Origin: a virus
Taxonomy: Duplodnaviria; Caudoviricetes
IMG/VR virus record: IMGVR_UViG_3300012952_000092
Span: 1-28,308 of that record
Strand: one strand, 5' to 3'
Length of the DNA stretch: 28,308 bases
The position numbers were made by a program, and so were the translations under genes. Each line of letters starts with the position of its first letter. Position 1 is the stretch's first letter. A model generated the notes under the pieces. That model was not told where the DNA came from, ran no database searches, and saw only the letters and a list, made by a program, of their open reading frames with translations. Below are positions 7,233-16,214 of the stretch, piece after piece.

Positions 7233-9439
7233 GCAACTAGATCAACAAACTCAGTCAAAACTTTTTTGTTAGTCTTCTTTGCTTTGAATGATTTTACAAA
7301 TGCTCTCTTGATTTCTGCTTTAGTCATCGCATCATTTGTCTCTTCATCAAAGTCATAGTCACTGTTTAGTGATGTGGATGATAGTGCAAAGTACTTTTGA
7401 TAACCAGTATTTTCTAGAGAGAATGATTTGTTTTTTCTCCACTCAGCAGTCTTCTTGTCAATCTGCCCCCAGTCATCAGTACCGTACATATATCTACGGA
7501 TGAAACTACTTGCATCACGACTTGCAAGAACTCTGAATCCTATAACATTAACACTGGGATGTACACTCCTAAAATCTTCTAATAGTAATTTAGTAAAATC
7601 ATGAAATGAATGATTAAATCTAGTTACATTACCAGTCTTACGATTCCTTAGGAAACAATTAGAGTTGATGGATGTAGTACCTAAGAAAGGTTCTGACTCC
7701 CAGTGACGATCAACATAAGAATTTCTGCGAAGACTCTGTGCTTCACCATCAGTTAATATTACAACATTAACTTTCTCTACACCAGTTTTGTTTTTGAACT
7801 GAGGAATTAAATCATTCAAACAGATGATTGATTCATTAAGAGGTGTACCAGATAAAGAAAGACCATTTGGTATTGTAAAAGCATGATTTCTCCACCCATC
7901 ATAGTAGGCACACATTAAGAATAGATTTTTTATATCTGTGTCTATGTCTTTAGAACTACTAGATACAAAATTTAGTAGTGAGAAATCAGAACCAATATCA
8001 ATTGTATTTGCAACACGATCATATACTGGTGGAAGATCTGTTCTACTTGAATAGGATGACTGTCTACCCTTCCACTCATTACTGAAAGCATATACATCAA
8101 ATGGGATTTGAACTTTCTTACAAAACCAGATCAATTGTAACAACTGTTTACCTGTATCAAGTAATATATTTGACATAGATCCAGACCAGTCAAGTATGAA
8201 AACTAGACCGTGATTTTTACCATTAGGAACAACAGTTATCTTTTTAAAAAGATCTTCATTAAACTTATATGTATGGAGTTTAGTGCAGTCTAGAACACCA
8301 GTTTTAGATGTTGTAGCACGAGCATATGCACTAGCAGATTTCTTACACTCAAACTCTTTAACTAGATAAGAAACTTCTTTAGCAGAATCTTTTTTGAATT
8401 GCTCAAACTTTTCAATCATACCTTGTCTTGTATTAGTTCTATACTCATCTGATTCGTAATAAGATTTTGGTAAAGATGCTTCATACTCTGTTCTTCTTGA
8501 ATCTTCCTCTTTCCAATGCTCATTCAATGAATTACGGATTTCATCGGTGGAAATGACAATGCGATCTAAATGTAGCTTTGGTAGCTCTAAGTATACACTC
8601 TCTGCTGCACCAGTGTCTACTAGATCCTGCAATTTAGACTCAAGTGCATCTACTGTTGTTGTATCAAACTCGTCAGATCCCTCTGGTGATGCGGATTCTG
8701 GTTGTGGTTGCATCTTACCACTGTCATCTTGCTGGTGTGGTAATCCTTCTGACAAATCTTCTAGGTCGTTACCTTCAGATTCCTCTGATGGTTCATCTAC
8801 ATCCTCAGTTTCCTGTTTACCTTCTAGATCATTGTTACCAGATCCATCTAAATTCATCTTTACCTTGACTTCTTCTTCAATTCTTTCTTCCTGTTGTTGT
8901 TTGCAGAATTCTTGCAACTCTTTAGCGAGTACACAAACTTCATAGAATGTTTCTGCCTTCTCAATTCTGTCTACTAGATCCTGCTCAGTGTCAGTAAACT
9001 CAACACATAGGAAAGGACCTATCTTAGAGTATAGATTGATACGATCAGGGAAACTAAACTCATCTATTGGTCTATCAATTTCAAAAAAGTCATCTTCATG
9101 CAACTGACCATAACCACGATAGAATGTTTTAGCAAGACCTTCGTATCTACGCTTCATTAACTTCTCAATTCTAACATCCTCAATAATATTAACAAAGGAA
9201 TGTGGGACTCCAACAAATTCTTCTTGCTCGAACCATGCATCACAAGGTGTGTATAGAGCATGTCCTACCTCATGAGCAATCAAAGCATCATAAACAGACT
9301 CTTGAGAAATCTTCCAAAGAGGTAGTGTCAAAACTCTAGTCTCAACATTGAATTGAGCAGTCTCTACATTCTTGTGTTCTACTACAAGGTTCTCTGTAGC
9401 AAGGAGTCTTGCAAGTGTTCCTTTAATATTGTGTTGCAT
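7229..9439 (-). CDS. CobT-like protein: N-terminal HExxH metallopeptidase-like domain, acidic linker, VWA domain
   Basis: AHEVGHALYT, NIIEDVRIE, E/D-rich linker, MIDAS DWSGSM...GTPL...LTDGE. Start set at MQHNIK (9439), downstream of the promoter. Confidence 0.85.
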   Translation of the reverse strand: MQHNIKGTLARLLATENLVVEHKNVETAQFNVETRVLTLPLWKISQESVYDALIAHEVGHALYTPCDAWFEQEEFVGVPHSFVNIIEDVRIEKLMKRRYEGLAKTFYRGYGQLHEDDFFEIDRPIDEFSFPDRINLYSKIGPFLCVEFTDTEQDLVDRIEKAETFYEVCVLAKELQEFCKQQQEERIEEEVKVKMNLDGSGNNDLEGKQETEDVDEPSEESEGNDLEDLSEGLPHQQDDSGKMQPQPESASPEGSDEFDTTTVDALESKLQDLVDTGAAESVYLELPKLHLDRIVISTDEIRNSLNEHWKEEDSRRTEYEASLPKSYYESDEYRTNTRQGMIEKFEQFKKDSAKEVSYLVKEFECKKSASAYARATTSKTGVLDCTKLHTYKFNEDLFKKITVVPNGKNHGLVFILDWSGSMSNILLDTGKQLLQLIWFCKKVQIPFDVYAFSNEWKGRQSSYSSRTDLPPVYDRVANTIDIGSDFSLLNFVSSSSKDIDTDIKNLFLMCAYYDGWRNHAFTIPNGLSLSGTPLNESIICLNDLIPQFKNKTGVEKVNVVILTDGEAQSLRRNSYVDRHWESEPFLGTTSINSNCFLRNRKTGNVTRFNHSFHDFTKLLLEDFRSVHPSVNVIGFRVLASRDASSFIRRYMYGTDDWGQIDKKTAEWRKNKSFSLENTGYQKYFALSSTSLNSDYDFDEETNDAMTKAEIKRAFVKSFKAKKTNKKVLTEFVDLVA

Positions 9440-9608
9440 GTGATTCGTTGTGTATATACACATTATAAGACCCCCGACGAGGATCGGAGGTCTTGAGTAG
9501 ACACTTTATCAACTGTCTACGCCTCTCTCTTGCAGAGCGTAGTGCTTGTGGTTTAAGGTGGCGTTTCTTTTCCTTTTTGGAATGATGCTGCCAGTTTGGA
9601 GTATTCAT
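9423..9608 (-). CDS. Small basic hypothetical protein (61 aa)
   Basis: PNWQHHSKKEKKRHLKPQALR; ATGA-coupled to the upstream oxygenase. Confidence 0.65.
   Translation of the reverse strand: MNTPNWQHHSKKEKKRHLKPQALRSARERRRQLIKCLLKTSDPRRGSYNVYIHNESHATQY
9447..9517 (-). promoter_or_regulatory. Palindrome-bearing promoter of the cobT-like gene
   Basis: GACAGTT-N4-AAGTGTC (9517-9500), 32-nt gap containing hairpin AAGACCTCCGA-N6-TCGGGGGTCTT, TATAAT (9467-9462), then GTGTATATACACAAC. Confidence 0.75.
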
Positions 9609-10135
9609 TTGAACATACAGGATACAGATACTCTCCAGAATGGAGTATCTACCTTGATAGGTAGAGCATCATGGAGTTTGTTCGACCTAAACACTATAAA
9701 GTCTCCAGGTCCATATGTAAAGGTCTTGTCTTCAATTTGCAATTCTCCACCCCATGAAGGATCCCATTGGGGTGTTAGAAATCCTACTGCACTCCACACA
9801 TGAGGACCATTACCATCAGCATCAGTATGAAACTCTGGTACATTACCCTTTCGTTGTGCATTAAATCCTATAGCAGCAACACTTTGTGTGGGTAAAATAA
9901 ACCCATGTTGATTCTGTAGTCTATCTCTAACTCTAGCCATGGTAGCAATAAAGTACCCTGCTAGAAATGGATCATGCATACCTTTCTCATCCATTGCTTG
10001 CATCCTAGGATACATTAACTCTGGATTGTCAAGACCACCATATGCACTATTTATTTTCCACAAACTATTTTCTATAACATGATTATAGATTTGCATGACA
10101 TCCTTATTGGACATCACATCATGAAGTACATACAT
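9605..10135 (-). CDS. 2OG-Fe(II) oxygenase (prolyl-4-hydroxylase-like)
   Basis: FHTDAD...W...WGGEL...VFRSNKLHDA...RVSV: HxD...H...RxS facial triad and 2OG-binding motif. Confidence 0.85.
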   Translation of the reverse strand: MYVLHDVMSNKDVMQIYNHVIENSLWKINSAYGGLDNPELMYPRMQAMDEKGMHDPFLAGYFIATMARVRDRLQNQHGFILPTQSVAAIGFNAQRKGNVPEFHTDADGNGPHVWSAVGFLTPQWDPSWGGELQIEDKTFTYGPGDFIVFRSNKLHDALPIKVDTPFWRVSVSCMFK

Positions 10136-10137
10136 AA

Positions 10138-11865
10138 TTACTGCTCCACAGCACTCTTAGTAGCATAAGAGAATCCACCTTTCTTAGTAAATTCTATCAT
10201 AGTTTGGAATCTATCTAACATATCTACCTTATGTGATATAACAAATACATTAGCATCTTTAACAACATACTTAATAATCTTAATGAATTCATCTGTTCCC
10301 AATCCATCTAACGATGAATCAAATACCTCATCCATAATAAGAAGGTTAGTATTCGTAGAATTTTTAAACCTAGCAACCTCTCTCCATGTGAACAGGAGTG
10401 CTAAGTCAATTCTCATCTTCTCACCCTCAGAGAATGAAGAGTATGTAAACTTGTCATGAATAGGATTTTCTATTGTTTCATTAAACTCTTCATCTAATCG
10501 AAAATTGATATAGAAATCCATCATCTGCAGATACCTATTGACCTGCTGATTGATAAGAGGAAGATACTTCTTAATTATTTTTCCTTTGACACCACCATCC
10601 CTCAATAGTTCATAGGCATGGTCATTATATGTTATCTCGTCATTCTGTTTTGCAAGATTGCCAAAGCAAGACTCCAGATCTTTTTTATATTTCTCTAGCT
10701 TCTCATGTTCAGTATTTTTATTTTTAAGGTTGTCGGTAAGAATTTGAATTTCCTGTTGTAAATCTCCTGTCTGTTGCTGTAGTCCATTAACCCTAACACT
10801 GTTTTGAGAAATGCCATTTGTGAGTTCTGTAATCTCCTTAGATAGTTTGGTGAAGTGACGCTCTCGGATACCTTCTTCTGTTATCGACTCCTCAAGCTTT
10901 TGATAGCCATCTCTGAGTTCCTTTGCTTTATTTTGAGCGTCATCAATTCTATTTAACCGAAACGATTCTTCTATATTCTGGCTGCATGTAGGACATACCG
11001 TATTGTCTGTGAAAAACTTATGCTCTTTAGTAATCCTTGATACTTTATTGGATATCTTTTGCTTCAAAGAACCTAGTTTTACCAAGCGTTTTGAAGCATC
11101 TGATACAGTTTCTAATTGTGTTTGAACGCTGTCCAAATCTTTACTTAAGGATTCATTTTTACTTAATAATTGATTAACATCTAGAGCAATTGTATCAAGT
11201 TTTAACTCCTTTTCTTTAATATCATCTTCACTTCTAGTATTCATCTTATCGATAAAATTTTCTTGCATTGAAACTTTATCTTTAAGAGTTTCTTTCTTAA
11301 GTTCTAATGTTCTTACAATCTCTCTATTTGATCTAAGTTTTTCTTTTAGGATTAGATTCATAGCGGAGAAAATTTTAATATCTAATAGATCTTCAATAAC
11401 TTCTCTACGGTTAGGAGCACTTAGTTGCATGAAGGGTACAAAGTTGCTACTACCTAGTATTACAATTTGAGTAAATGATTTATAGTTTAATTTTAAAATC
11501 TGTTCTTCTAGGATTTTTTGATTGATTCTATCGTCTGCTTCTTTGTTACGCATTCGACCATCAATTTTAATATCAAATAGATTAGGTTTAATACCTCTAG
11601 TCACATTATATTCTGTATTACCTATAGAAAAATCAATCTCAACAAGAGTTCCTTTCTCATTGGTAGTATTGATTAGTTGTGATTTTGTGATCTTACGATA
11701 TGGTTTATTAAATAATACAAAGCACAAAGCATCCAATATGGTAGATTTACCAGCACCATTTGTACCAACAACTATTGTTGTACCATCAGAATTTAAATCT
11801 ATCTCCGTCCATTTATCACCAGTAGATAGAAAATTTTTAAACTTTACCTTTTTAAACAGAATCAT
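10138..11865 (-). CDS. g46: Recombination endonuclease ATPase subunit gp46 (Rad50/SbcC-like)
   Basis: GTNGAGKS, coiled coils, CPTC zinc hook, FSEGEK signature, LLIMDEVFD. Confidence 0.96.
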   Translation of the reverse strand: MILFKKVKFKNFLSTGDKWTEIDLNSDGTTIVVGTNGAGKSTILDALCFVLFNKPYRKITKSQLINTTNEKGTLVEIDFSIGNTEYNVTRGIKPNLFDIKIDGRMRNKEADDRINQKILEEQILKLNYKSFTQIVILGSSNFVPFMQLSAPNRREVIEDLLDIKIFSAMNLILKEKLRSNREIVRTLELKKETLKDKVSMQENFIDKMNTRSEDDIKEKELKLDTIALDVNQLLSKNESLSKDLDSVQTQLETVSDASKRLVKLGSLKQKISNKVSRITKEHKFFTDNTVCPTCSQNIEESFRLNRIDDAQNKAKELRDGYQKLEESITEEGIRERHFTKLSKEITELTNGISQNSVRVNGLQQQTGDLQQEIQILTDNLKNKNTEHEKLEKYKKDLESCFGNLAKQNDEITYNDHAYELLRDGGVKGKIIKKYLPLINQQVNRYLQMMDFYINFRLDEEFNETIENPIHDKFTYSSFSEGEKMRIDLALLFTWREVARFKNSTNTNLLIMDEVFDSSLDGLGTDEFIKIIKYVVKDANVFVISHKVDMLDRFQTMIEFTKKGGFSYATKSAVEQ

Positions 11866-12118
11866 CTTGTAGGGGTGGCATCACAAAATCGTTAGGGGTT
11901 ACGATAGTATACTTATAATTATACATCTCACACGCTTTTATTGCAACATCTTCGTCTACTTCGACTACTTCCATTATAGCATCTTCTTCGGATTCTAGTT
12001 GCATTCTGTATCGTTCTGCATCATCTTCTTGTTCAAATAAGAACAAAACCTTATCATTATTGATGTCCTTAACAGCGTAAGCACCCTCACGCTTGCCATC
12101 TTCACATAATAACCACAT
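11852..12118 (-). CDS. Conserved acidic hypothetical protein (DUF3110-like)
   Basis: EGAYAV...VLFLFEQEDDAERY..QL; TAATG coupling to the g47 stop. Confidence 0.7.
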   Translation of the reverse strand: MWLLCEDGKREGAYAVKDINNDKVLFLFEQEDDAERYRMQLESEEDAIMEVVEVDEDVAIKACEMYNYKYTIVTPNDFVMPPLQDDSV

Positions 12119-13176
12119 TACTCCACCTCGCATGCTTGAGCGTACAAACCTCCCACAAGTTTTTTAATTCTAGTTTTGTCAAGATCAATCTCTGATTCTT
12201 CTATAAACCTATTTAACAAAGCAATTGTATTCTCATCTTCATCTGCATTGAAATCTGATGCATGAATATAACCATGATTCCAGTCAGCACTTTCGATGAC
12301 CTTTAGATCTTCTACACCAACAGAATGTAGTTTATCAATAAACTTTTCAAAATCTTTAGGGTTAGATCTTTGTCTAACTATAACTTTAACAATCTTACCT
12401 GCATATTCTGTAGCATCAAAGATTTGATATGGAGTATCATCATAGTATATCTTATAGAACATTCTATGAGGATTATTAATAGGTTCTAAATCATATGTTT
12501 CTGTATCAAAAATATGAAATCCACGAGTGTCTTCACAATCATTCCAGAACATTTCATATGGATTACCTAAGTAAAATATTTTACCATCATTGGATCTTGT
12601 ATGATAATGTCCAGTAAATACTCTATCAAATTTCTCAAACATATCTGCATCACCACTAGCACCATGATCTTGTGTATATCCTTTGTATACAGCATAACCA
12701 TTTAGTTCTAGGTGACCAAATGCGACCTTCGCCTTTGTTGATTTAACTTTTCTTTTTATCTTACCTTTATTCTCTTCGTTAATCCAACCTAAGAAAAGAC
12801 ATTTTGTGTCGCCAATCTGATACTCTGCGTGATCTCTGACAAGCACCATATTAGGATACTCTCGTAGTAGTAAATCAATTGTATTAACATCGTTTTTGTT
12901 TTTAAAATAGGCAGTGTGATTACCGACAACAGAGTACACAGTAATCCCCATATCACGAAGACGGTCAAAGTAATGCGTTTTGCACCATTCCAAAGACCAT
13001 AAATCAATCGACCTACGATTATCAAAAGTGTCCCCCATATCGATAAGCGTTGTAATCCCCTCTCGTTCCAGTGTTGGGAAAAAAATGTCTTCATAAAATC
13101 TTTGAAAGTATTCATGGAATAACCTACTACCTTTCCTCATACCAAAATGTTGGTCTGTAATTATTGCTACTCTCAT
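12118..13176 (-). CDS. g47: Recombination nuclease subunit gp47 (Mre11/SbcD-like)
   Basis: ITDQHFG, GDTFD, GNH, GH and GHYH metallophosphoesterase motifs. Confidence 0.96.
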   Translation of the reverse strand: MRVAIITDQHFGMRKGSRLFHEYFQRFYEDIFFPTLEREGITTLIDMGDTFDNRRSIDLWSLEWCKTHYFDRLRDMGITVYSVVGNHTAYFKNKNDVNTIDLLLREYPNMVLVRDHAEYQIGDTKCLFLGWINEENKGKIKRKVKSTKAKVAFGHLELNGYAVYKGYTQDHGASGDADMFEKFDRVFTGHYHTRSNDGKIFYLGNPYEMFWNDCEDTRGFHIFDTETYDLEPINNPHRMFYKIYYDDTPYQIFDATEYAGKIVKVIVRQRSNPKDFEKFIDKLHSVGVEDLKVIESADWNHGYIHASDFNADEDENTIALLNRFIEESEIDLDKTRIKKLVGGLYAQACEVE

Positions 13177-13352
13177 TTTTTAGATGTGCTACTACGAGTT
13201 CTATTAATTATACTAATAAATTTGTCACCTGCAAATGTTCCACCTAGACAAACATCTAACTCATCACCATCTTTCCAGTTGACATCACCATTCATTTTGG
13301 TGTGGGTCATTGCAATTTGAATCTTGTCAATGACTTCTTGTGTTAATCTCAT
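13173..13352 (-). CDS. 59-aa hypothetical protein MRLTQEVIDKIQIAMTHTKMNGDVNWKDGDELDVCLGGTFAGDKFISIINRTRSSTSKK
   Basis: Missing from the ORF track. ATGA overlaps at both ends (g55 stop and g47 start). Confidence 0.8.
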   Translation of the reverse strand: MRLTQEVIDKIQIAMTHTKMNGDVNWKDGDELDVCLGGTFAGDKFISIINRTRSSTSKK

Positions 13353-13825
13353 CTGTTTGAGTTCCTGTATTGTATGTTATCTTTAATAGTATTATAATCA
13401 GATGAAGTACCACCTGCACCTTCTTCAACTACCATAACTTGTTCAAAACCAGTACGCTCTATGATTTTAGTTTTAATCTCTAACTGTTTCTTTTCTTTTT
13501 GTATTCTTCTTAAAAATGCATAGTATATAATCTGAGTAAAATATGCAAAGGGATTAGAAGATTTCTCTGGATTAAAGTTGTGTATGTATTGTACACAGTT
13601 TTCAATGCCGTCCCCGATCATATCCTCACGGAACATATAGTTTACAAAGTTAGGTTTATAAGATAAATGTGTTGCAATCTTAAGAAAACATTCTCCAAGA
13701 TAGTTACTAATAGGTGGTGGATCAATCCCCTTTTCTTTTGAAATAGCAACTTTCTTGCGATAGACAACCATCGCCTCAAGGAGTTCTTTATTATTTACAT
13801 AATGATCAGACCTTTTTCTAGGCAT
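13349..13825 (-). CDS. g55: Late transcription sigma factor gp55
   Basis: HYVNNKEL, LSYKPNFVNY, EDMIGDGIENC, NPFAYFTQI, AFLRRIQKEKKQ. Start at MPRKRS (13825). Confidence 0.95.
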   Translation of the reverse strand: MPRKRSDHYVNNKELLEAMVVYRKKVAISKEKGIDPPPISNYLGECFLKIATHLSYKPNFVNYMFREDMIGDGIENCVQYIHNFNPEKSSNPFAYFTQIIYYAFLRRIQKEKKQLEIKTKIIERTGFEQVMVVEEGAGGTSSDYNTIKDNIQYRNSNR

Positions 13826-13847
13826 AAGTTTGTCCGAATCTGTAGGT

Positions 13848-13876
13848 ATTATAACACAGCTTGACACAAGTAGCAA
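13848..13876 (-). promoter_or_regulatory. sigma70-type promoter of g55 (TTGCTA-N17-TATAAT)
   Basis: -35 at 13876-13871, -10 at 13853-13848, with TGn extension. Confidence 0.75.
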
Positions 13877-13889
13877 TTACCTGTACAAT
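13861..13889 (+). promoter_or_regulatory. Divergent antisense sigma70 promoter (TTGACA-N17-TACAAT)
   Basis: -35 at 13861-13866, -10 at 13884-13889; no plus-strand gene downstream. Confidence 0.65.
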
Positions 13890-13922
13890 TAGCCTTGTGG
13901 CGGTTCAAAGGAACACTAGTAT

Positions 13923-14333
13923 CTATACAGTAGTAGATATTCCAGAAAATATTTTTTCTAAACTAGATCTAGTTTTTTCTACATTACCTTTATAACCCAT
14001 CTTTTCACTGATACTAACCTTTTGAGTATCTCTAGTTTCTCTACTTAAATTATAATGATTATATGCATGAGTCATCTCATGGTCTGCTTCTAATTCAGTC
14101 ATAGTAATAATTTTATCAAACCCAACACTATAAACTTCTTTATCATCATCTGGAATAGTAATCCAAGGAACCAATCTTACTAAAGTATTTGTTCCTTTAT
14201 GTGTTAGTTCTACCTTAAGGGGTTTTGTTAGGAAAAATGCTGGTTCCACACCAGTATCATCAATTCTAGTGGCAGCGACGACCTCCTCGCCAGAAACCAA
14301 TTTGAATACAAAGTAGGTTATGATTTCATCCAT
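13923..14333 (-). CDS. Conserved hypothetical protein (Sm/SH3-like beta fold)
   Basis: FKLVSGEEVVA...P...LVPW motif; usual position between uvsW and g55. Confidence 0.75.
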   Translation of the reverse strand: MDEIITYFVFKLVSGEEVVAATRIDDTGVEPAFFLTKPLKVELTHKGTNTLVRLVPWITIPDDDKEVYSVGFDKIITMTELEADHEMTHAYNHYNLSRETRDTQKVSISEKMGYKGNVEKTRSSLEKIFSGISTTV

Positions 14334-15792
14334 GTTTCTCCTTTAATAAAACTCTCACAAGGTCATAGTTAAAATTTTCTTCATTGTATATTTTGATTCG
14401 TTCGACTAAATGGTTTAGTGTATAATTTTTTTTACTATCAGTCGAACAGTCATCTGCTATGTCATACAAAGTTGCTTTGAATTTATTGGTTCCTTTTCTT
14501 AGAACCCTTCCAATACTTTGTAGATTCCTAATCTTCGACTTCGATGGTGAAGCAAAAATTACATTATGCAGGTTTTTGATATTGATACCAGTAGAGAAAG
14601 TTCCATATGATGCAACAATGATTGCATTTTTCTCTCCCTCTGTGATAGAACGAGTTAACTCTCTATCATGTACATCAACTCCACCGTGAATAAAGAATAC
14701 TTTACGATCATCATTATTATTTATGAGATTATATAAAACCTCTCCGTGGGTTTCTACTCTACTGTATAGGATTAAAGTATTACCTTTCAAGTCTAACGCT
14801 AGGTTTTTAATAAATTTATTTCTTTGTTCATGATTAATTAGATACTGTATTTCCTCTTCATAAGTATCAAATGGAGTTGCTTTATGTTTTAACAATATAA
14901 TCTTAGCATTTAGTCTTGCTAGATAACCTTTCTCCATCAACTCATGAGTTTTAATAGTTTTATATGATGGTCCGAACAGTCCTTCTAATACTAACTTGTG
15001 TGTTTGTGTGCCGTCTAGCGTACCAGTAAAACCATAACGATACTTTGCTTGATGCAACTTAGTCATAATTTTTACGAGCGACGCTGATTTGAATTGATGT
15101 GCTTCATCACCTACTACAACTTCAAATTTTTCAAAATATGTTTTTGGTAACTTATAGATAGATTGCCAGGTTGTAATAACCACAGGAGAATTTATTTCTT
15201 TTTCTTTACCAGCGTATATTTTTTGACAATATGAATCAGCGTCCCATCCATAAGAAGCAAAGTCCTTATGCATCTGCTCTACCAGAGATGTCGTTGGAAC
15301 AACTATCAGAGTCTTTTTATTTTGCTCTGCGAAGTAACGAACGATTGCGTAAATCATCAAAGATTTGCCAGAGGCAGTGGGGCTTATCACTAATCTTCTA
15401 TTGTGTCTTAGAGCATCGTATACTCCCTCTATTTGATAGTCTCGTGGAGTTGTCTTAGATATTGCATTCATGTAATCTTTAACACCCTCTAATGAAATCA
15501 TTTCATTGACTTCAAAGGGAGTACCATAAAACTTACTATCTTCAAATTTATATTCATACTTATGATGCTTGCAAAAAGATACTATCTTATCAAGCAATCC
15601 AACATATATTTCTCCTGTCTGTAGATTAAATAATCTTATCTTACCATCCCAGTACCTTTTTCTATACTGAGGCATATACTTAGCACCAGGTATATCAAAG
15701 GTAAACTGATCAGATAACTCATGAGCAACATGAGGTTCCGAGACGATCTTTAAAAAGACCTCATTCTTTTTTGTGATAGTAAGGTCGGACAT
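14326..15792 (-). CDS. uvsW: UvsW SF2 RNA-DNA/DNA helicase
   Basis: WDGKIRL, PRDYQ, SPTASGKS, DEAH, TGT, QSIGRVLR. Start at MSDL (15792), coupled to the uvsY stop. Confidence 0.95.
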   Translation of the reverse strand: MSDLTITKKNEVFLKIVSEPHVAHELSDQFTFDIPGAKYMPQYRKRYWDGKIRLFNLQTGEIYVGLLDKIVSFCKHHKYEYKFEDSKFYGTPFEVNEMISLEGVKDYMNAISKTTPRDYQIEGVYDALRHNRRLVISPTASGKSLMIYAIVRYFAEQNKKTLIVVPTTSLVEQMHKDFASYGWDADSYCQKIYAGKEKEINSPVVITTWQSIYKLPKTYFEKFEVVVGDEAHQFKSASLVKIMTKLHQAKYRYGFTGTLDGTQTHKLVLEGLFGPSYKTIKTHELMEKGYLARLNAKIILLKHKATPFDTYEEEIQYLINHEQRNKFIKNLALDLKGNTLILYSRVETHGEVLYNLINNNDDRKVFFIHGGVDVHDRELTRSITEGEKNAIIVASYGTFSTGINIKNLHNVIFASPSKSKIRNLQSIGRVLRKGTNKFKATLYDIADDCSTDSKKNYTLNHLVERIKIYNEENFNYDLVRVLLKEKHG

Positions 15793-16214
15793 TAGCCACT
15801 CAATTGTTGCCAATCAATAATGTTTTTTAGTTGATAACTTCTATTGTTTATTTGCCTAACAATATCTTCGAGATAAGTTAGCATCACATCATAGTATTTA
15901 ATTTTTAGTGTAATTTCTTGTAGTCTTTTATCAGCATCTAAATGTTGTTTAATTACATCTTTCTCTCTAACTCTATATGGAAAAGGTTCGGCCTCATACA
16001 CTTCAGGAGAAGATTTTCCAGTGTAATAATTATATCTTTCTAATCTAATACTTGACTCTTGTGTTTTTGCTTTCTCTCGCAAAAGTTTTAGAGTGTTATA
16101 TACATCCCAGTATTTTGCATGAAGGGAAGGTATCTTCGCTGCCTCATCATGTATTTTAATTTGATCAATCTGTGAGTCTTTCTCCCACATACTTTGTATA
16201 GTCTCAAGGTTCAT
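15792..16214 (-). CDS. uvsY: Recombination mediator UvsY
   Basis: IPSLHAKY...YYTGK...NRSYQLKNIIDW; adjacent to uvsW. Confidence 0.88.
   Translation of the reverse strand: MNLETIQSMWEKDSQIDQIKIHDEAAKIPSLHAKYWDVYNTLKLLREKAKTQESSIRLERYNYYTGKSSPEVYEAEPFPYRVREKDVIKQHLDADKRLQEITLKIKYYDVMLTYLEDIVRQINNRSYQLKNIIDWQQLSG

Noticed and set aside
5485-9439. Cobalamin-biosynthesis auxiliary metabolic genes
   Set aside because: No cobN or other cob genes are in the window; the name reflects AAA+/VWA family similarity only.
9467-9494. Hairpin as an intrinsic terminator
   Set aside because: There is no U-tract on either strand, and it lies inside a coding region next to a -10 box. It is treated as part of the promoter.
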